Origin: Narcine bancroftii
Taxonomy: Eukaryota
Assembly: GCF_036971445.1 (NCBI RefSeq)
Contig: NC_091471.1
Coordinates: 296,608,001 to 296,672,000 of the forward strand
Direction of reading: 5' to 3'
DNA: 64,000 bases
The notes below the pieces were generated by a model. It was not told the DNA's origin, did not search any database, and worked only from the letters and a program-made list of their open reading frames with translations. The stretch's first letter is position 1. Each line of letters starts with the position of its first letter. This document shows, in pieces, positions 59,575 through 64,000 of this stretch. The translations under genes were made by a program, and so were the position numbers.

Positions 59575-61200
59575 TCAGAATTTATTGTCCTGAACATGAA
59601 ATTCATTGTTTTGAGGCAGCATTACAGGAGCAAAATTGCTATAGATGACATTATAAAAAAAATAAATATATTAATTCAAAAGAAGAGAAAGTGAGGTTGT
59701 GTCTGTGGTTCATTGTCCATTCAGAAATCTGATGGCAGAGGGGAAGAAGTTGTTTTTGTAATGTTGGGTGCTCATCTTCAGGCACCTGTATTTCCTTCCT
59801 GATGATTGTAGTGTGAAGGGGGCATGGCCTGGGTGGTGAGAGTCTTTGAGGACAGAGGCTGCTTTTTGTAATGTTGGGTGCTCATCTTCAGGCTCCTGTA
59901 CTTCCTTCCTGATGATTGTAGTGTGAAGGGGGCATGGCCTGGGTGGTGAGAGTCTTTGAGGACAGAGGCTGCTTTTTTAAGCCACCGTCTCCTGTAGTTA
60001 TCCTTAATGAAGTGAAGACTGATGCCCGTGATGGTACTGGTCGAGTTTACAGCTCTCTGTAATCTTCTCCTGTTCTTTAGCACCTCCACACAGAGATGCA
60101 ACCAGTCAGAATGCTCTCCGTGGCACACCTGGAGAAATTTGCAAGACTCTTTGGTGACATAGTGAACCTACTCAAACTTCTCACAAAGTATAGCCGCTGG
60201 CGAACCTTCTTCATGATTGCATCGACATGGAGGTCCCAGGACAGATCTTAAGAGATGTTGACAGCCAGAAATTTGAAATTCTTAACCCCTTCCACTGCTA
60301 ATCCCCTGATGAGCACCACTTTGCGTTTTCCTGATTTCCCCTTCCTGAAATCCACAATCAGTTCCTTAATTTTGCTAACATTGACTGCAAGGTTGTTGTT
60401 ATGACACCACGCAACGAGCTGATCTATCTCCCTCCTGTACGCTTACTCATTGCTGTCTGTGATTTTGCCAATGACTGTGGTGTCATCAGCAAATTCATAG
60501 ATGACATTTGAATTGTCCCTATCGAAGTCATGGGCATAGAGAAAGTAGAGCAGTAGGCTAAGCATGCATCTTTGAGGCGGACACGTTGTTTCCGATTCGT
60601 AGCAATTCAGGTATTCGGATGAGGAATACAAGAATCCAGTTGCAGAGTCCTTGGTTTTGAAGCTTGCCTGCTAGTACTGAGAGTATGATGGTATTGAAAG
60701 CTGAACTATAATTGATTTGAAAAGCAGCTCAATGTAGGTATTATCAAGATGATCCAGGGCTGAGTCAGGGTTGGCGCTAAGTGGGGGGGGTGGGCATCCA
60801 CAGGCATTGCCCTCCCAATGAGGTGCTGTGCCCCCCAATATGGTCGTGGCCATCGCTCGCCATCAGACCTGCCCCAGCCTGCATCACTAGCATGTGTCAA
60901 GTATCACTAGCATCTAGCTTGACACCCAGTAGTGACTCCACCTGCCCCAGGCTGCGTCACTAGTGGCTAATGATGATTGATGGCGTAAAAGCAGTGCTCT
61001 CAGCAATGATATTGGAGAGGGGCAGATGATGGTACAGCACACACACCCTCTCCGCATACGCTAATGCCCCTATCTAACATGCTTTGTGGTGCCGATGCCG
61101 GGCTGAATGGAGAGCCAATGAGATTACATCTGCTGTGGAGCGATTATGGCGATAGTCAAATTGCAGTTTGTCCAGATCTTTACTTTGGCATAAGTTAATT
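59575..61200 (-). mobile_element. Rex1/Babar-type LINE with internal 110-bp tandem duplication
   Basis: LQFDYRHNRSTADVISLALH, EFADDTTVIG, RRRLQRAVN and DSHHPGH motifs; duplication 59753-59862 / 59863-59972. Confidence 0.8.
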
Positions 61201-62348
61201 CTGGCCATGATCAGATTCAAGGAATTGCAAATTGCCAGAATTGGTGATGATTGACAGTGCTCCACGTTGGCCTTGCAGAATCAGCTTGCGCTTGATTCAT
61301 GAGTATTATGATTATCCCACATGCACAATAAATACTAATGAAACATAACAGAATGTTCGTGCTGCTACTGAACAGTGCAGCTCCCTTTGTAGAACTAGAT
61401 CATAGTTTCTGTAATGTGCTTCCAATGGTATTCACTGAAGTTATTCCTACAGGTAATATTTGGTTTAAAATATTAAATTTTAACATAACTTCATCATTTC
61501 TAAGTCCTATCTTTCTGGATTTCTCTTTTCAGTCACCTATTTATTCTCATCGAGGTAAGTCTGTTGTGCTATCTATCCTTTTATTATGTCCTCATCCTGC
61601 TGCTCTTTTTTCTCAACCTTGAAGTCTCATTGGCTGATGAGACTGACTTGGTCTTACCATTAATTTACAGATTACATATTTCCTAATGACATGGAAGGAG
61701 GCAACTCATTCCACAACGTCTATGTTATCTCCTGGAAAACCTGTTCCTCCGACGATTTCTCTGCAAACCTATTCTTCAATTTATGATTCTCCTCTCACTC
61801 ATCCAGATTCAAGGTTGGGCATCAGTCCTTAACCTTACAGCACCCTACTAACCTACCAATCAGCATGCCTTTATGATGTGGGTCACAGAGAGAATGTGCA
61901 TGAGGTTAGATTCAAACCCAGGTGCATTTTCTCGGCAATTGCTCAGCAATTTCTGCAACATGAAAGGAAAAATGTTGTCAAGGTTATGGACTGATATCGT
62001 GACGAACATTAAACAGTTCATCTCCGCTTTGACTGGTTTCCACTGATCCAGCGTCAAATGCGCTCACTTCAAACCTCCCTTATAATTCCAGGCTCTCAGA
62101 CTAGAAGAACCTGGAGTTTCAAAGTCTTTGGACTTTGGCTATCCCTTCTTATTCAACCCCTTGAACTCTAAGTTTTGACTCTAAGGGTTGCTTAAAAAAT
62201 TGCTACTCTAAAGTAGCAATTTATAAGTGGGAGTGTTGCAGACCAAGGAGTTTACCTGCTCTTCTTGTGATATTGCTAATGAATAGACCAGCTGCACTCT
62301 TGGTTTCTGCCTCCTGAGGTGAACATCTCTTCACAAACACCTGATGTT

Positions 62349-63848
62349 GAGGAGTCATGTGATGAGTAGTGGCCGGTCGGGGAACTCCAGCCCTCTCCGG
62401 AAAAGTAAAAAAAAGACAGTGAAAAAACAAAGGCACAAACACAAAAACCAAAATAAAGTGAAAGTAAAGGTGTGGAGAAAATGGCAGCGAAGAAAGAAAA
62501 GCCAAAAGCAACGGGAAGAAGAGAAGAAGAAAAGACGTTGGAAGAAGAAGGTGAAGGCCTTACCTGTACGAGGAGGCCCGCCGTGGAGAGAGAAGCCCGC
62601 TCCCTAAGGCCACTTGAAGCCCCGAACTCGGGACTACAAAAATGGCTCACGGAGCCAAACAAAAGTGCGCAATCGTGCATGCGCAAGACAAATAACACTG
62701 ACGGGAGGGAGGACCAGCTGAGGAGTCGATCTCCACAGCTGAAAGTGACAACCACAACGAAGCAGCAAGAGGAAAACATAGAAAATAACGAGAACAAGAA
62801 AGAAGAGAGTAAAAAGAAATGACCAACCCAGAGGAGGAAGACCAGCATCAAGACACCTCTAGTAAAAATAAGAAGACCAAAAATACCCAACAAAATAAAA
62901 CAAACAAACCAACAAGAAAACCAGAAGAGACAGAGGTAAAGGACACAGATCCTGGAGTGGACTCAGAAGAAGAAGAGGAAGAACACAGAGAAATGAAAGA
63001 TGAAGGGAAGGGCAAGTACATGGATATATTTTTTTTTAAAGAATATATGGAATCAGTAAAAGAATGGCAATCACAAGAATTCAGTGAATTAAAAAGTTCA
63101 GAAGAAAAAGTGAATAGATTAGAGATGATCATGACAGATATAGGAAAAAGAGTGGACAAGGTAGAAGAACGAGAAACAGCCGTAGAAATGGAAGTAGATG
63201 ACTTAAAAAAGAAATTAGAAGAATCTGATAAAAAAGTTAAAGAGACACAAGAGCTGTTAGCTCAGAAGATAGATATAATGGAAAATTATAATAGAAGAAA
63301 CAATATAAAGATAGTGGGCCTTAAGGAAGATGAAGAAGGCAAGAATATGAGAGAATTTAAAAAAGAATGGATCCCCAGGGTCCTAGGAAGGCCAGAATTA
63401 CAGGAAGAAATGGAAATAGAAAGGGCACACAGAACATTAGCTCCTCAACCACAACCACAACAAAAACCAAGATCCATTCTAGTAAAATTCTTAAGATATA
63501 CAACAAGAGAAAATATATTGGAGAAAGCAATGAGGAAAATAAGAGAAGACAAAAAACCACTGGAATACAAAGGTCAAAAATTTTTTTTCTATCCAGATAT
63601 AAGTTTTGAACTCCTGAAGAAGAGGAAGGAGTTTAATACAGCAAAAACGACCCTATGGAAAAAAGGATATAAATTTATGCTAAAGTACCCAGCGGTACTT
63701 AAAATAGTTATTCCAGGGCAGCAAAACAGACTATTCTTGGATCCGGAGGAAGCATGAAAATTTGCAGAACAACTACAAAACAGACAGAGAGATGAAGACA
63801 TGTAACGAGAACAAAAATTACCACAAACCATATGTGTGTATGTAGGTG

Positions 63849-63879
<31 letters not shown>

Positions 63880-64000
63880 ATGTGTGTATGTATATATATA
63901 AAAAAAGAGTATAGGTAAGAACTAAGAAGGGAAAGAAAGGAAGTGACCTTTGTTATATATGAAGATTAAAATCTTTTCTGGGGGGGTTGGGTGGGGAAGA
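62349..64000 (+). mobile_element. L1 5' end with ORF1 (continues beyond the window)
   Basis: ORF 62819..63757: coiled coil, MENYNRRNNIKIVGL, IERAHR, PRSILVKF, FYPDIS. Same 5' terminus as the 35754 element. (TA)n/(TG)n in the spacer at about 63830-63900. Confidence 0.9.

Noticed and set aside
54000-62300. YJEFN3, CILP2, TSSK6, SUGP1 or GATAD2A exons expected from human synteny
   Set aside because: No matching peptide was found by eye in any frame examined; absence cannot be proven without a search.

Overview
Repeat-rich vertebrate genomic DNA. The repeat landscape (V-SINE/HE1-like SINEs, CR1, Rex/Babar, fish-type L1, Penelope) suggests a cartilaginous fish; this is an inference. Three spliced genes were reconstructed by hand. 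(1) MAU2 (cohesin loader subunit), minus strand: 12 coding exons from ATG 28431 down to 3130 (415 codons), with the 3' exons left of the window. It has an 18-nt micro-exon followed by a U12-type intron. (2) NDUFA13/GRIM-19, plus strand, complete: 5 exons, 144 aa, 30837-41867, head-to-head with MAU2. (3) A divergent UQCR11-like gene (complex III 6.4-kDa subunit, 55 aa; exons 46071-46120 and 46934-47051) that the ORF track misses. The rest is mostly transposable elements: a young L1 ORF2 fragment with TSD, an L1 that keeps ORF1 but lost almost all of ORF2, a young RTE 3' end, Penelope RT remnants, two solo-LTR-like copies and Tigger/hAT MITEs. About 14 copies of a short element carry a Penelope-type minimal hammerhead-ribozyme core, including a 4-copy tandem array inside the MAU2 U12 intron. 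Exon coordinates were checked base by base. Repeat boundaries are approximate, and all homology calls rest on recalled sequences, not database searches.
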